From Lama glama (taxonomy: Eukaryota), in NCBI GenBank assembly GCA_028534125.1, contig CM052817.1:36520001-36584000 (forward strand): a DNA stretch of 64,000 bases. The letters run 5' to 3'. Numbering within the stretch: the first letter of the stretch is position 1; every line of letters begins with the position of its first letter. The notes under the pieces were generated by a model. It did not search any database, was not told the origin of the DNA, and was given only the letters and a program-made list of their open reading frames with translations. Position numbers and translations under genes: made by a program. Of the stretch, positions 23,360 to 36,169 are shown piece by piece.

Positions 23360-25350
23360 CTCTGTGCAGTATTGGCTACTGGTTTAAGGCATGTACTCCG
23401 TGCTGTAGGATGCATCCCAGCCTTGCATGGTGTCCCAGCTGGCACTATAATTAAGCCTTCAACATGCCAGTTCATTTTTCTATCAAGCCAGCTGTTTCTG
23501 CATGATGGAGGTATGTGGTGAATTTATAGAGCATGCGCCCATTTCCAAACCTCTTTGACCATAAATATGCCTGTAGTCAGAGACAGTGTTATGTCAGTAC
23601 CATGGCAATGGATGAGGCATTCTGTAACTTCATGATAGCAGTGTTGGCAGAAACTCTACAAGCAGGAAAAATACACTTTTACACAGTGTGTAGCCATCCC
23701 TGAAAGTATAAAGAGCTGTTCCCTTATGATGGAAGGAGTCCACCACAATCTTCTGTTACTAAGTAGCCACCTGTCATCCTGGACAGTGGTGCCATATCAG
23801 TGGCTTAGTATTGACTTCTGCTCTTGGCAAATTGGACACTTAGCATTAGTTAGAGCCAGACCAGCCTTGGGGAAGTGAAAACCATGTTATTAGCTCACGT
23901 TTTCTTTTATGCTGCCACGGCCACTTTGTATATGGACCCGCTAAGCAAGCACTGGGATGCCTGGAGAAAGAGGCTTCCTGACATTCACAAAATAGATCTT
24001 CATGAACATCCGGCTTTTGACAGCCTCCACCATCATGGGTACCCTCCACTGGATATATACATGATACACAAATATTCTAACAATTTTGTACCCACTCCCA
24101 GAGGTCCATACATAGTCTATCTTGTCACCAATTTTCCAATTAGTTCTTTCCAAGTCCCCAACCAGCCAACCAATCCAGTAGCCACTGTTCATAAATTATT
24201 ATAAATCTTTGTACCTCAGGCTATGAAATGAAAAGCCAGACATACCCCTCAAAGTTCTGTCCACTTGGAGAGTTTCCTTCATCATGGTCCTCTGTGGTCA
24301 TGCCTGAGTGGGTTGCAGTACAGTGGACACCCACTTTTGTCAGTGTAACATCATTGGTAGATCCACATGAGAACTAGACTTGTGCTTTATTCTCTTCTGT
24401 GAACTGCTCATTGGGAATTCTGCAAGAGGACACTCGTATAGGTTGAGGAAAAGGCATAGAAGTGGTAGGAATAGGTTCTTTGGAAGTTGGACCCAACTGA
24501 CCGTACATAATACTTGTGCCTTCTGGACCTGCTGGGGTCCAGTCTCCTTTGTACTGCTTCCATATTACAATGGAAATCTTGCTGTGTGCATCCAGTATCT
24601 TGGTTCCTGTTGGGACGTTCAGGTTGCATAGTCACTTGGTGCCATGTAGTCATGTGTTCAGTCTCAAACACTAGGACCAGTAGGAAACCAATAGCCACTT
24701 TTCAAGGGGAGAATATTTGTCATCAGAGGAAGGTATGGCCTTACCAAGCCCCTAGATATCTGTGCTGTGATGATCCTACTGGAATTTGCCTCAAACTGTA
24801 TACAGAATCTCTGTCTACAACAGATCCTTCTAATACTATTTGGTCTGCTAGGTCCTTGGGTCCAAGTGTCAGGGCAACTTCCTTTGAAGCCTGGAGGGCT
24901 TTCAAAAATGGTAGCTTTACAGGCTATCAAATGGATGGGTTGGAGCAGCATGCTCAAATATTGCTCACATTGCCTCCAAATTTGAAAGAGGCCCACAGAG
25001 TAAGGTGGAGTTCTTTTTCCTTTATGAGGGGAAGCACAGGGTACAGCAACTTGTATCACATTTTAGAAGGGGTATCCTAACAGGCCCCAGATGACAGAGT
25101 CTCTGCAAATATCACTGATACAGTAAACCTATTAAATTTTATAGAATTTGAGTCCCACACCTTGGCAACCATATATGTAAGTAAGGTATTTTTCTTTGCT
25201 TGTTTCTTTCTGCTTAATAGATCCAGTTGGCGTAATGGCATTAATATGCAAGGTCAGCACGATGTCCTCTGGGATAGCAAGACGAACAGGGTTCCTCCCA
25301 ATTGTATTTTGTTGGCAGGGGAGAGGACATGGCCCTGGGACGTGAACAGA
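23360..25350 (-). mobile_element. ERVL internal pol relic (RT/RNaseH/integrase region)
   Basis: Minus ORF 24664-25059 VGLFQIWRQCEQYLSMLLQPIHLIACKATIF resembles ERVL pol GLFGFWRQHIPHL..LL.PI; fragmented. Confidence 0.8.
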
Positions 25351-25354
25351 AACA

Positions 25355-25465
25355 TACAGTCAGCCTCAGCCCTCTGTATCTGTGGTTCTGCACAATGTCA
25401 GATTCAGCCAATGTCAGATTGAAAATATTTAGAAAAAAATTCTGGAAATGTCCAAAAAGCTGTTG
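25355..25465 (+). mobile_element. MER2/Tigger fragment
   Basis: tacagtcagcc...ccctctgtatctgtggttctgca...gattcagccaa...gattgaaaatattt. Confidence 0.7.
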
Positions 25466-25711
25466 AATTAGGAAAGAGAAGGTGGTATTTACTGCAAAGT
25501 GGAGATGATGCCTTAGGCCTTAGACAGGAATGTGAAAAGTTCATGTAGGCCAGGGTAATAGGAGGAAAGGCAGAGTATGCTGGTGGGTAGGCAGATATGG
25601 TGGAGGGAATCAAGAAGTCTCTTTTGATTGTTTCAGTTTTCTTTTTTCTTTTTAAAATTTAGTTTACATTGATTTATAACATAAGTTTCATGTGTACAAC
25701 ATTATATTTCT

Positions 25712-25817
25712 CTGTCTTTTTTTTTTTTAATTTTATTAATGGAGAATACTGGGGATTGAACCCAGGACCTCATGCATGCTAAGCATGCGCTCTACCACCG
25801 AGCTATTACCTTCCCCC
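25712..25817 (-). mobile_element. tRNA-derived SINE (Vic-1-like) nested in the L1 3' UTR
   Basis: Reverse complement of the 2251 element type; TSD tacaa(c/t)at(t/c)atatttct at 25695-25711 and 25818-25834. Confidence 0.88.
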
Positions 25818-26186
25818 TACAATATCATATTTCTTCTTCTGTATACACTGCAATGTGCTCACCACCAAAAATCCAGTTTCTATCCATCACCATACAGTTC
25901 ATCCCGTTTACCCACTTGACTCTCCACTCCCACCCCTTCCCCTCTGGTAACCACTGCTCTGTTCTCTGTATCTATGGGTTTGTTTTGGTTGGTTTGTTCA
26001 TTGATCTTGTTTTTGTTTGTTTATTAGTTTTTTTATCTTCCACATGTGAGTGAAATCATATGGTGTTTGTCTTTCTCCATCTGACTTATTTTACTGAGCA
26101 TAATACTCTCTAGGTACATACATGTTGTTGCAGATGGCAAGATCCATCTTTTTTATGGCCCAGTAATATTCCATTGCATATTGATT

Positions 26187-26242
<56 letters not shown>
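26187..26242. repeat. (GATA)n tetranucleotide microsatellite, about 14 units
   Basis: Perfect gata run inside the L1. Confidence 0.95.
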
Positions 26243-29200
26243 TACACTGTATCTTCTTTATCTGTTTGTCTGTTAATGGGCACTTTGGTTGTTTCCATAT
26301 CTTGGCTATTGTAAATAATGCTGCCATGAACATGGGGGGTGCAGATATCTTTTCAGGTTACTGTTTTCATATTCTTTGCATAAATACACAGAAATGGGAT
26401 AGCTGGATCCTATCGTAGTACTATTCTTAATTTTTTGAGGAATCTCCATATTGTATTCCATAGTGACTGCACCGGTTTACATTCCCACCTACGGTGTATA
26501 AGGGTTCCCTTTTCTCCATATCCTTACCAAAACTTGTTATTTGTTGTCTTTTTAGTAATAGCCGTTTTGATAGGTGTGAGGTGATAGCTCATTGTGTTTG
26601 ATTTGCATTTCCCTAATAATTAGTGACTTTAAACATCTTTTCATTTGCCTGTTGGCCATTTGTATGTCTTCTTTGGAAAAATGTCTGTTCAGCTCCTTTG
26701 CCCATTTTTAATCAAGTTTTGTTGTTGTTGAATTATATGAATTCTTAATATAATTTTGATATTAATCCTTTATGATATATATCATTTGTAAATATCTTCT
26801 CCCATTTGTAGGTTATCTTTTCATTTTATTAATAGTTTCCTTTGCTCTGTGGAAGCTTTTTTTTATAAAACTACCAAATAATCCTATTTGTTTATTTTTG
26901 CTTTTGTTTCCCTTGCCTGAGGAGATAAATCTAGAAAAATATTGCTAAGACTAATGTTAAAGAGCATACTGTCTATGCTTTCTGCTAGACGTTTTATGGT
27001 TTCAGGTCTTACATTCAAGTCTTCAATCCATTTTGAGTTAATTTTTATGTATGGTGTGAGATAGTGGTTTAGTTTCATTTTTTTGCGTGTGGCTGTCCAG
27101 TTTTCAGAACACCGTTTATTGAAGAGATTATCTTTTCTCCATTGTATTTTCTTTAATCGTTTGTCATAAATTAATTGTCCATATATGTGTTTATTTCTGG
27201 GCTCCTAATTCTGTTCTTTTGATCTGTGTATCTGTTTTTTTTTTCCAATATCATGCTGTTTTGATTACTATGGCTTTGTAGTATAGCTTGAGCTCAGGGA
27301 GTGTGATACCTCTAGCTTTGTTCTTTTTTCTCAGGATTGCTTTGGCTGTTTAGGGTTTTTTTGTGGTTCCATATACATTTTATAATTTTTAAATTCTATT
27401 TCTGTGAAAAATGTCCTTTGGATTTTGATAGGGATTGCATTGACTCTGTAGTTTGCTTTAGGTAATAAGGATATTTTGACTGTGTTAATTCTTCCAATTA
27501 ATGATCACAGAATATCTTTTCATTTATTTGAGTCTTCTTCAATTTCTTTCAAAAGTGTCTTAGAGTTTTCAGTGTATAGGTCTTTTACCTCCTTGGTTAA
27601 GTTTATTCCAAAGTATTTTATTCTTTTTGTTGCAATTGTAAATGGGATTGTTTTCTTAATTTCTCTTTCTGTTAGCTTGTTAGTGTATAGAAGTGCAACA
27701 GATTTCTGTATATTGATTTTGTATCCTGTAACTTTATTGCATTTATTATTTCTAATAGTTTTTTGTGGTGTCTTTAGGGTCTTATATATATAAAATAATT
27801 ATGTTATCTGCAAATAGTCACAGTTATACTTTTTCCTTTCCAAACTGAATGCCTTTTATTTCTTTTTCTTGCCTGATTGCTCTGGCTGTGACTTCCAATA
27901 CTATGTTGAGTAAAAGTAGTGGGAGTGGGCATTCATATCTTGTTCCTGGTATTAGAAGGATAACTTTCAATATTTCACCACTGAATATGATGTTAGCTAT
28001 GGGTTTGTCATATATGGTCTTTATTATGTTGAGGTATGTCCCTTCTATATCAATTTTATTGAGAGTTTTTAAAATCATAAATAGATACTGAATCTTGTCA
28101 AAATCTGTCAAAAGCTTTTTCAGCATCTTTGAGATAGTCATTTGGTTTTTACCCTTCATTTTGTTAATGTGGTATATCACACTGATTTACTTGCAAATGC
28201 TGAACCATCTTTGAGTCCCTGGAATAAATCCCACTTGCTCATGGTGTATGATCCTTTTGATATAGTGTTGAATTTGGTTTACTGATGTTTTGTTGAAGAT
28301 TGTTGCATCTATGTTTATCAGAGATATTAGCTTTTAATTTTCTTTCTTCTGTTGTCTTTGGTTTTGGTATCGAGGTGATGGCCTCATAAAGTGTTCCCTT
28401 CTCTTCAATTTTTAGGACTATTTTTAGAAAGATAGGTATTAAATCTCTTTGAATGTTTAGTAAAATTCACCCGTGAAGCCACCTGGTCCTGGACTTCCAT
28501 TTTGGGGAGGTTTTTGATCATTGTTTCAATCTCTGTACTAGTGATCGGTCTGCTCAGATTTTCTATTTCTTCCTGATTCAGTCTGGGAAAGTAATATGAT
28601 TCTAAGAATTTGTTCCATTTCCGCTTCTAGGTTGTCCAATATGTTGGTGTGTGGCTATTCATAATATTCTCTTATAACTCTTTGTATTTCTGTGGTGTTT
28701 GTTGTCATTTCTCCCTTTTTTACTTTTGATTTTATTTATCAGAACCTTCTCTCTTTTTTTCTTAGTGAGTCCAGATAATGGTTTGTCAATTTTGTTTATC
28801 TTTTCAAAGAACCAGCTCTTAGTTTCATTGATTTTTTAATTGTCTTTTTAGTATATAGTTCATTTATGTCTGCTCTGAGCTTTATTATTTCCTTTTTTCT
28901 ACTACTTTGGACTTCATTTGTTCTTCATTTTCTAGTTTCTTTACATGTGAATTTAGGTGGTTTGTTTGAAATTTTTCTTGTTTCTTGAGGTAGATCTGTC
29001 CTGCTGTAAACTTCCCTCTTAGCACCACTTTTGCCATATCCCATAGATTTTGGTATGTCATATTTTCATTTTGATTTGACTTTAGGTAATTTTTTATTTC
29101 TCCTTTGATTTCTTTGTTGACCCAGTAATTGTTCAGTAGTATGTTGCTCAGTCACCAAATATTTGTGATTTTTCCAGCTTTCTTCTTGTAGTTGATTTCT

Positions 29201-32200
29201 AGTTTCATTCCACTGGGATCAGAAAAGATACTTGATATAATTTTAATATTCTTGAATTTATTGAGACTTATTTTGTGTCCCAGTGTGTGCTGTTTTTGAG
29301 GACAGTCCATGTGCACTTGGGATGAATGTGTATTCCACTACATTTCGATGGAATATTCTGTACAAGTTTGTCAAATACATCTGGCCTAAATTTTCATTTA
29401 AGGCTGCTGTTTCCTTGTTGACTTGCTGTTTGGATGACCTGTCCACTGATGTAAGTGGGGTGTTAAAGTCCCCTACTTTTAATCATGTTGTTGTCAGTTT
29501 CTCCCTTTAGGTCTGTTAATAATTATTTAATATATTTTTGTGCTCCTATGTTAGGTACATTTATAATGATCACTATTATGACTTCTTGGTAAATTGTCTC
29601 CTTTATATTGTCTCTTGTTAACTTTTTTGGCTTGAAGTCTAGTTTGTTTGAGATGAGTGTGGTTATGCCTGTTTTCTTTGGGCTGCTTTTCACTTGGAGT
29701 ATCATCTTCCATCCCTTCACCTTTAGCCTGTCTTTAGACCTGAGGTGTGTCTCCTGGAGGCAGCATATACTTGAGGCTTGTTTCTTAATCCATCCAGCAT
29801 TCTGTGTCTCTTGATTGGTGAATTCAGTCCATTTACATTTAGGGTGATTATTGATAGATGGGAACTTAGTATTGTCATTTAATCTTTTGTTATCTGGCCA
29901 CTCTGTATCTCCATTGTTTCTTTTTCCTTGTGTTTCTGCATGCTACTTTTGTTTGGTGGTTTTTTAATGGTATTTTTCTCAGTTTCCTTTTTTTATGTTT
30001 TGTGTCTCTGCTTTGTGTTTATGTTTTGTGCTTACCCTGGGATTTGTATAAAATGTCTCATTGATAAAGAGATTCCTGTTAGATTCCTTTTTTTGCTGAT
30101 AGCATTTTGTCTTCACTTACTTTTGTGTTTTTGTTGTCTCAAATTATCTTTTTTATATTGTGTTTGTTACCATACTGAGATAACTATAGTTATTTTTCTG
30201 CTTTCTTTTTTTAGATCTCTAATTTTTATACTGTAATAAAGTGTTTAAAAACCTATTCTGATAAAGAATTACAGTTTTCTGGTTCTGTCTATTTATCACG
30301 TTGCTTAAAGTTTTGTGTATTTTGACCATTTTGTTTCTGGTAGAAAAGCTCCTTTCATTTCTTGTAAGGCAGGTCCAGTGGTGATGAACTCCCTCAGTTT
30401 TTGTTTGTCTGGGAAATTATTTCTCCTTCATATCTGAAGGATAACTGCTAGATGAACTATTCTTGACTGACAGTTTTTATCTTTCAGTGTTTGAGAATGT
30501 CACTGCACTCCCTCCTGGCCCGTAGGGTTTAGGCTGAGGAATCTGCTGATAGCCTAATTGGGGGTTCCTTTGTAATTTACTGTCCTTTTTTCCCTGGTTG
30601 CCTTTTAAATTCTTTTTTTGTCATTGCCTTTTGGCAGTTTTCATATAATGTGTCTTGGAGAAGGCCTTTTCAGTTGGGCTAATTAGGTGTTCTCTTAGCT
30701 TTTTGGACTTTGTGGACTTCCTTTACTCTCTCTGCTCCCTTTTCCCTCCTTCATCCTAATGCTCCCTTTCCTAAAAGAGTCGGATCTCTCTCATAGGACT
30801 TCCTTATATTTTTACATCTTATTTCTCTTCCCTCTTCTGCTTGTGTCGTTTCTAGATTTCTATCTTTGTGCTCACTAAATCTCTTCCACGTGGTCTGCTC
30901 TATTTCTAGTGCTTTCCAATACATTCTTCCTCTCGTTTATGGTGTTCTTCAGCTCCAGAATTCGTTTGGTTCTTTTTAAGGATGTCCATTTCTTTGGTAA
31001 AGTACTCCTGTTCATTAATTTTGTTTTTCAAGCTCATTAAACTGCCTTTCTGAGTTTTCTTGTATCTCTCTGAGTTTCTTCATGATAGCGATTTTGAATT
31101 CTCTGTCAGTTAGATCACAATATTCTGTAACTTTAAGTTTGATTTCTGGAGAATTGTCACTTTCTTTTTGTGGTACAGTGTTACTGCAGTTCTTCATGTT
31201 GCTTGATGAGTTATCCCTCTGCTGCTGCATTTGAAATTAAATGACAGGTTAGCTGTTAGGTTCCTTTCTTTTGTCTTCCAGTAGGTGGTGGTATCACACA
31301 AGTTTGTGGTTACTCTCACTTGAGCTGCCTCTGGTTATGTTTGAGGCTCTACACCTTCTAACCTCCACCCCATCCACATGAGGTGTGCCTCCGTGCCTTC
31401 ACGGCCACTCCTTGTTTCTCTAGGGTGGTTGCTGCCTTGCTTCTGCCAGAGTTGCTGTTGTCACTGGGACGGTGGGCTCTTTCCTTGCATCCAGGATCCT
31501 CTGAGACACAGGCTTTGTAGTGTGGGGAGGGAAACAGTGCAGGGGGAGCTGGGGTCATGCAGGCACCTCTACCATGTCTGGTACTATAAGGTTTGTGGGC
31601 TCTGCTACTGCAGATGGGGGGTCAGGGTGGGGTCTTGGGCATGTCAGCAGCTGGAGGAACAGGGTCCCAGGCCCCACTCCCGCTGCTGCCTAGCTACCTG
31701 TGGCTGTGGGCGCTGGTTTGACTGGGAGGCCAGAGTCACGTGTGCCGCTTCCTTTCCTACTACCAGGTCCTCTGAAGCTATGGGCTATGCTGCCACTGTC
31801 AGGTGACAGGGATTGCAGACACAGACTGCTGTTGCCTCAGTTCTGCTTCCTCTGTGTGTTCCGTCCATTCACCCTTAGATGTGCAGACACATGGAATTCT
31901 CTGGTGTCCTGTTGTGTTGGGCAGAGGCACCTTTGAGTTGTGGATATTTTACTGATTGTATATTGAAAGGGGAGAGACAAAGGTAGTTCTTCCCTCTGCC
32001 ATGTTTCTCATGTCACTCCTGCTTTAGTTTTCTTAGTAAGGTAGGAAATAGGGTTATCAGCTGAGAATGACTATGGGAGAGGGTACAGAAGAGAAAGAGG
32101 AAATCACGACATATTGAAACAGGAAAATGGAAAGGTGAATGGGCTAGGGAAATATAGTTTGAGTTGCTGGGTACCATTCAGAGTCCCAGCGTTAAGATTC

Positions 32201-33361
32201 ATGATCATAAATTTAAAGCCAGATAAATCATTATTCTTAGGTGTTTTTCTCCACCCACATTTAGCTGCAGGGATATAGGCACAGAGTGGGAGAGATTTGA
32301 ATTTAACTAGAGATTCTGGTTTTGCCAAGCAAGCGAAAATGCAAAAGAGGAACAACAGAATTCATGGCCTTTGCAAGGATATTATCGTAGTGAATGATCG
32401 TGGAATTTCAGGCGCTTATGAAGATTAAAGAGACCAGTATGGAATGAGACACAGTGATATATTAGTAAAGTTAATGATTGCAGGTCCTTGTGGGGATCAG
32501 AGGTTAGTTGGAGTTAGGTTACTAGAAGAAGCCAGGTGGGGACATGGGATATGGTGGTCAAAGAGCAAGGCAGATAAAATGAGATTGCTTATGACAGTGT
32601 CTGTGGCGTGACCTGGGAGTGCATAGCTGAGGCAGGGTGGAGAACACAAACATTGGAGGAGAGCAGTTCAAGGTAGGCAGAGGCCAGCATGCTGGAAAAA
32701 TCACCTATGTGTATACTGAATTAACCAAGACATAAGACAGGAGTAGTGTTAGAGAGAGTAACAGTGTACCAGGTACTGACAAATGGGGGAAGAGGGTCCT
32801 GGAGTCCAAAGATAGCAGTTGAGATTTGGGGGGAAGTTAGTAAATGATCCACTTTGGGGTATTCACCCTTTGCAGTGGTTTCTCCTCTCAGAATAAGCAA
32901 TACCAGCATGTGAAATTCCCCGTTGTAACCTCGAGGAAAACTCTCTTGTTTCTGTAATGACTTTTCATGCTTTAATTACAAGGGGCACTGAAGCCTGACA
33001 AGGAATTATTTTTGTTTTTCATCTAAAGCTAGGGCAACCATGTTTACTTTTGAGAGCCAGAGGGGGCACAATTAATAGTTACTTGGAGCAATACATGTAA
33101 ACTGGGACTTTCGTATACAAACTGGGACATGGCTCACACCCTGCCCTGCACAATATGAGTGCAGCCAGTTTAATTATGAGCCAGCTCTACACTGAAGGCT
33201 CTCATTCCCCAAAATCACTACAAATACTTGGGACACACAAACAGATTAGAAAGAGAAAAATGACTCAACTTGCCTTTATCTTGAAGAGAAGATCAAGAAA
33301 GACTTCCCCCCCACCCCACTTCCCTAATTATATTTATTGCCTGTCTTATTTTTCCCTTCAG

Positions 33362-34287
33362 TGCAATCCTAGTTTGACTGTATCTTCAAGTGAGAGAAAT
33401 GCTCTATTTCCCAAAGTGTATTGGTCATTTGAAAGTAGTCTAAACTGTTTTCTAAATCCCCACAGTTGTTTTCTGCATATCTTCTGGGTAGTTAGTGTCA
33501 GAATTGAACTGAGTTGTAGGACCCTCATTTGGTGTTGGGACCTGAGTCAGGTGGAGAATTGATTGGTGTGAGAAAAAAACCCCACATATTTGCTGTCAGA
33601 AGGGTTGTAAATAAAAACAGTTCGGTTGGGGTAACAAGCAAGGTGTGATCTCTCTCTCCACTCTCTGGGCCACAGAGAACATTCTGGCACAGGAGAAACT
33701 AAAGAGCATGGAGCCTCCTTCAGACAGCTTTGAATTGCATTCAGATTATGGAGCCGTGGAAGACCAGCACCTCTACCAGGGAATGTCAATGTTTTCGTGT
33801 AAGTCAGCTGCAGTAAGGTGGCACCATCATCAAGTGCTTCCTGGACATCAGAGGTTGAAGGGGCCACAGTAGAAAGATTTTAGATTTGTGTCAGGATGTG
33901 ATCCCAGAAAACATCTGGAAGCTGGAGGTTCTGTGTCATGGAGGTAGAGGCACCAATCAGTGAAGTTAAAATAATCACCATTCTTGTATCTTCATTTGTA
34001 CCCCAAAGGGGATGCTTCTTAGAGAAATTTCAGAGTTACACCAATAGCCAAGGGTACATGGCCCAAGAAACGTAAGTGGTGAGGTTGGCTTCTCAGAATT
34101 CTGAAATGGATTACTGTTCAGTGGTATGTGGGCATATGGGCACAAAGAATGAATGAGGACTAGGGCAAGGACTGTAAGAACCAGTTGTACTCCTTTTCAG
34201 AACAGTGGCTTCACCTTGTTAAATTAAGACAGTCTTTAATCTGGAGTATAATTTCCTTAGAATATCAAGAAGACAACCCAGTTAACA
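33362..34287 (+). pseudogene. Three candidate small linker exons of the TIR relic (33362-33389, 34009-34071, 34261-34287)
   Basis: Each has a pyrimidine-rich ag acceptor and a gtgaga/gtaagt/gtaagt donor; phases 0-1, 1-1, 1-1 chain into the exon at 40613 (…YQEDNPVN|TRSY…). One stop in the middle exon. Confidence 0.35.
33485..33620 (+). mobile_element. MER21-like LTR fragment
   Basis: gttagtgtcagaattgaactgagttgtagga...ggagaattgattggtgtgagaaaaaaacccacatatttgctgtcagaag. Confidence 0.65.
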
Positions 34288-34718
34288 GTAAGTTATAATG
34301 GAAATGAAATACAATGTTTTGGGGGCATTTCTTCCCTCTTAAGATAGTTAGAATTTATGTAAAATCACTGCAAAACACCTGGCGTCAGTCATCAAATGCA
34401 ATCATTCATTAATGGTTTCTACTCCAGAGGATGCCTTTGGAAAGGCTCGACTTTAAGAATTGCTGGTCCCAACAGATGCATTTTCATTTCACACTGGTGA
34501 ATGCTTTGGGAAATTGCACCTGGGTCTTTTGATCTGGCCATAGGCACGGTAACTAAGCTTAAATGAATCTGACTCATTTACAGCACCGTAACAGTTGATG
34601 TTTCTGTACAAATTAAAGCATGACCTGCTGCATTATTTCTCCTTCCCATTTCTACTTTTTGCTGATCAACAGAGAGATTTTTTTCCTCTTCACTCATTCC
34701 AGTTAAGAGGAAATTTAA

Positions 34719-35287
34719 ACAATAGACAAGACATGGAAGCAACCAAAATGTCCATTGACAGATGACTGAATAAAGAAGTTGTGGTATATTTATACAATGG
34801 AATACTACTCAGCCATAAAAAAGAATAAAATAATGCCATTTGCTGCAAAGTGGATGGACCTAGAGATCATCATTCTAAATGAAGTAAGCCAGAAAGAGAA
34901 AGAAAAATACCATACTATATCACTCATAGGTGGAATCTAAAAAAAAAGAAAGAAAGAAAAAAAAGGACACGATGAACTCATCTACAAAACAGAAACAGAC
35001 TTGCAGACATAGTAAACAATCTTATGGTTTCCAGGGAAAGGGATTGGGAAGGGATAAATTTGGGAGTTTGAGATTTACAAATGTTAGCCACTATATATAA
35101 AAGCAGATTTGAAAAAAAATTTTTTCTACTGTATAGCAAAGGGAACTATGTTCAATATCTTGTAATAACCTGTAATGAAAATGAATATATGAATGTATAT
35201 GCATGACTGGGACATTGTGCTGTACATCAGAAAGTGACACATTACGACTGACTGTACTTCACTAAAAAAAATTAAATTTAAAAAAAG
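34719..35287 (+). mobile_element. 5'-truncated lineage-specific L1 3' end
   Basis: L1 ORF2 end/3' UTR with A-tail; TSD gaggaaatttaa at 34707-34718 and 35288-35299. Confidence 0.9.
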
Positions 35288-36169
35288 GAGGAAATTTAAG
35301 TTCTCCTCTCTATGTAGGCCATAGATCTTCACCATTTAATGCTGAAGTCCTTTTATGGATGTTAAGGTAACAAGGCTTTACAAGGCAAAGCCAGGTATCT
35401 CCTTATGGATAAGTTTTGGGTCCATTTTAGCATATTAAAAGAGGGGGAAAACAAATTGATCAAATCTACCTTGTCTAACCTCAAACGCATTGTTTCTGAG
35501 TGTGGTGCAGTCTACTTGCATCAGAGTCAGAACCACCTTGTAATGTTTGTTTGGAGTTTAGATTCCTGGCTTCTTACCTACTGAATCAGAATCTTGTTTG
35601 TGTCTGTCTGGGTTTCTTAAGAGTATTTCTGAAAAACATCAACATGATTCAGATGTATTCTAAGCCAGCTGTCATGGTTTTGTAACTAGTTGCATCAGCC
35701 TGAGATTAGTTAGTGTGCCTGTAGCTATATTCAAGACCTACCAAAAGAGCCAAAGAGCACATCCTAGGAGATTTTTAACCTGGCAATTTTTTTTCCGAAG
35801 CCGGCTGTGTTAACTGCTAGGACCATGGAAACAGCTCTATAAAATCAGAGAGTTAAAACAGCTCTATTTTAACTTATAGTTTAAAACATTGTAGCTTCCT
35901 AGTGAACTTAAAACTGAAGGAACAGCAAAATGAATACATATGAATACGTTTAAAATGAAAATGTCTACATATTAACCATAATTAGTCACTACATCTGTAT
36001 TATTCAGTCACTAGGCACAAATTAATTAATTAGATTTTTAGACATCTAGATAACAATTTTAATTTTAGTATAATTGATATTAAGATTTCCTCCTGATAGC
36101 AAGTAGATAGCAAGACTACATATTCATACTACTCAAAGAAATTAAAGTGTCTTCTTTAAAAAAAAAATC

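Larger units (their letters stand above)
25644..32019 (-). mobile_element. Near full-length but decayed L1 (about 6.4 kb) inserted in an L2
   Basis: 3' UTR, ORF2 pieces ([55 protein letters not shown]), ORF1 piece (DREFKIAIMKKLREIQENSERQFNE), GC-richer 5' UTR; TSD tgtttcagttttctt (25629-25643) / tgctttagttttctt (32020-32034); L2-like sequence on both flanks. Confidence 0.92.

Noticed and set aside
23846..25080. ORFs of 109-188 aa as host genes
   Set aside because: They are sense or antisense readings of a fragmented ERVL pol.
31358..31936. ORFs in a GC-richer stretch, or a second CpG island
   Set aside because: This is the 5' UTR of the full-length L1.
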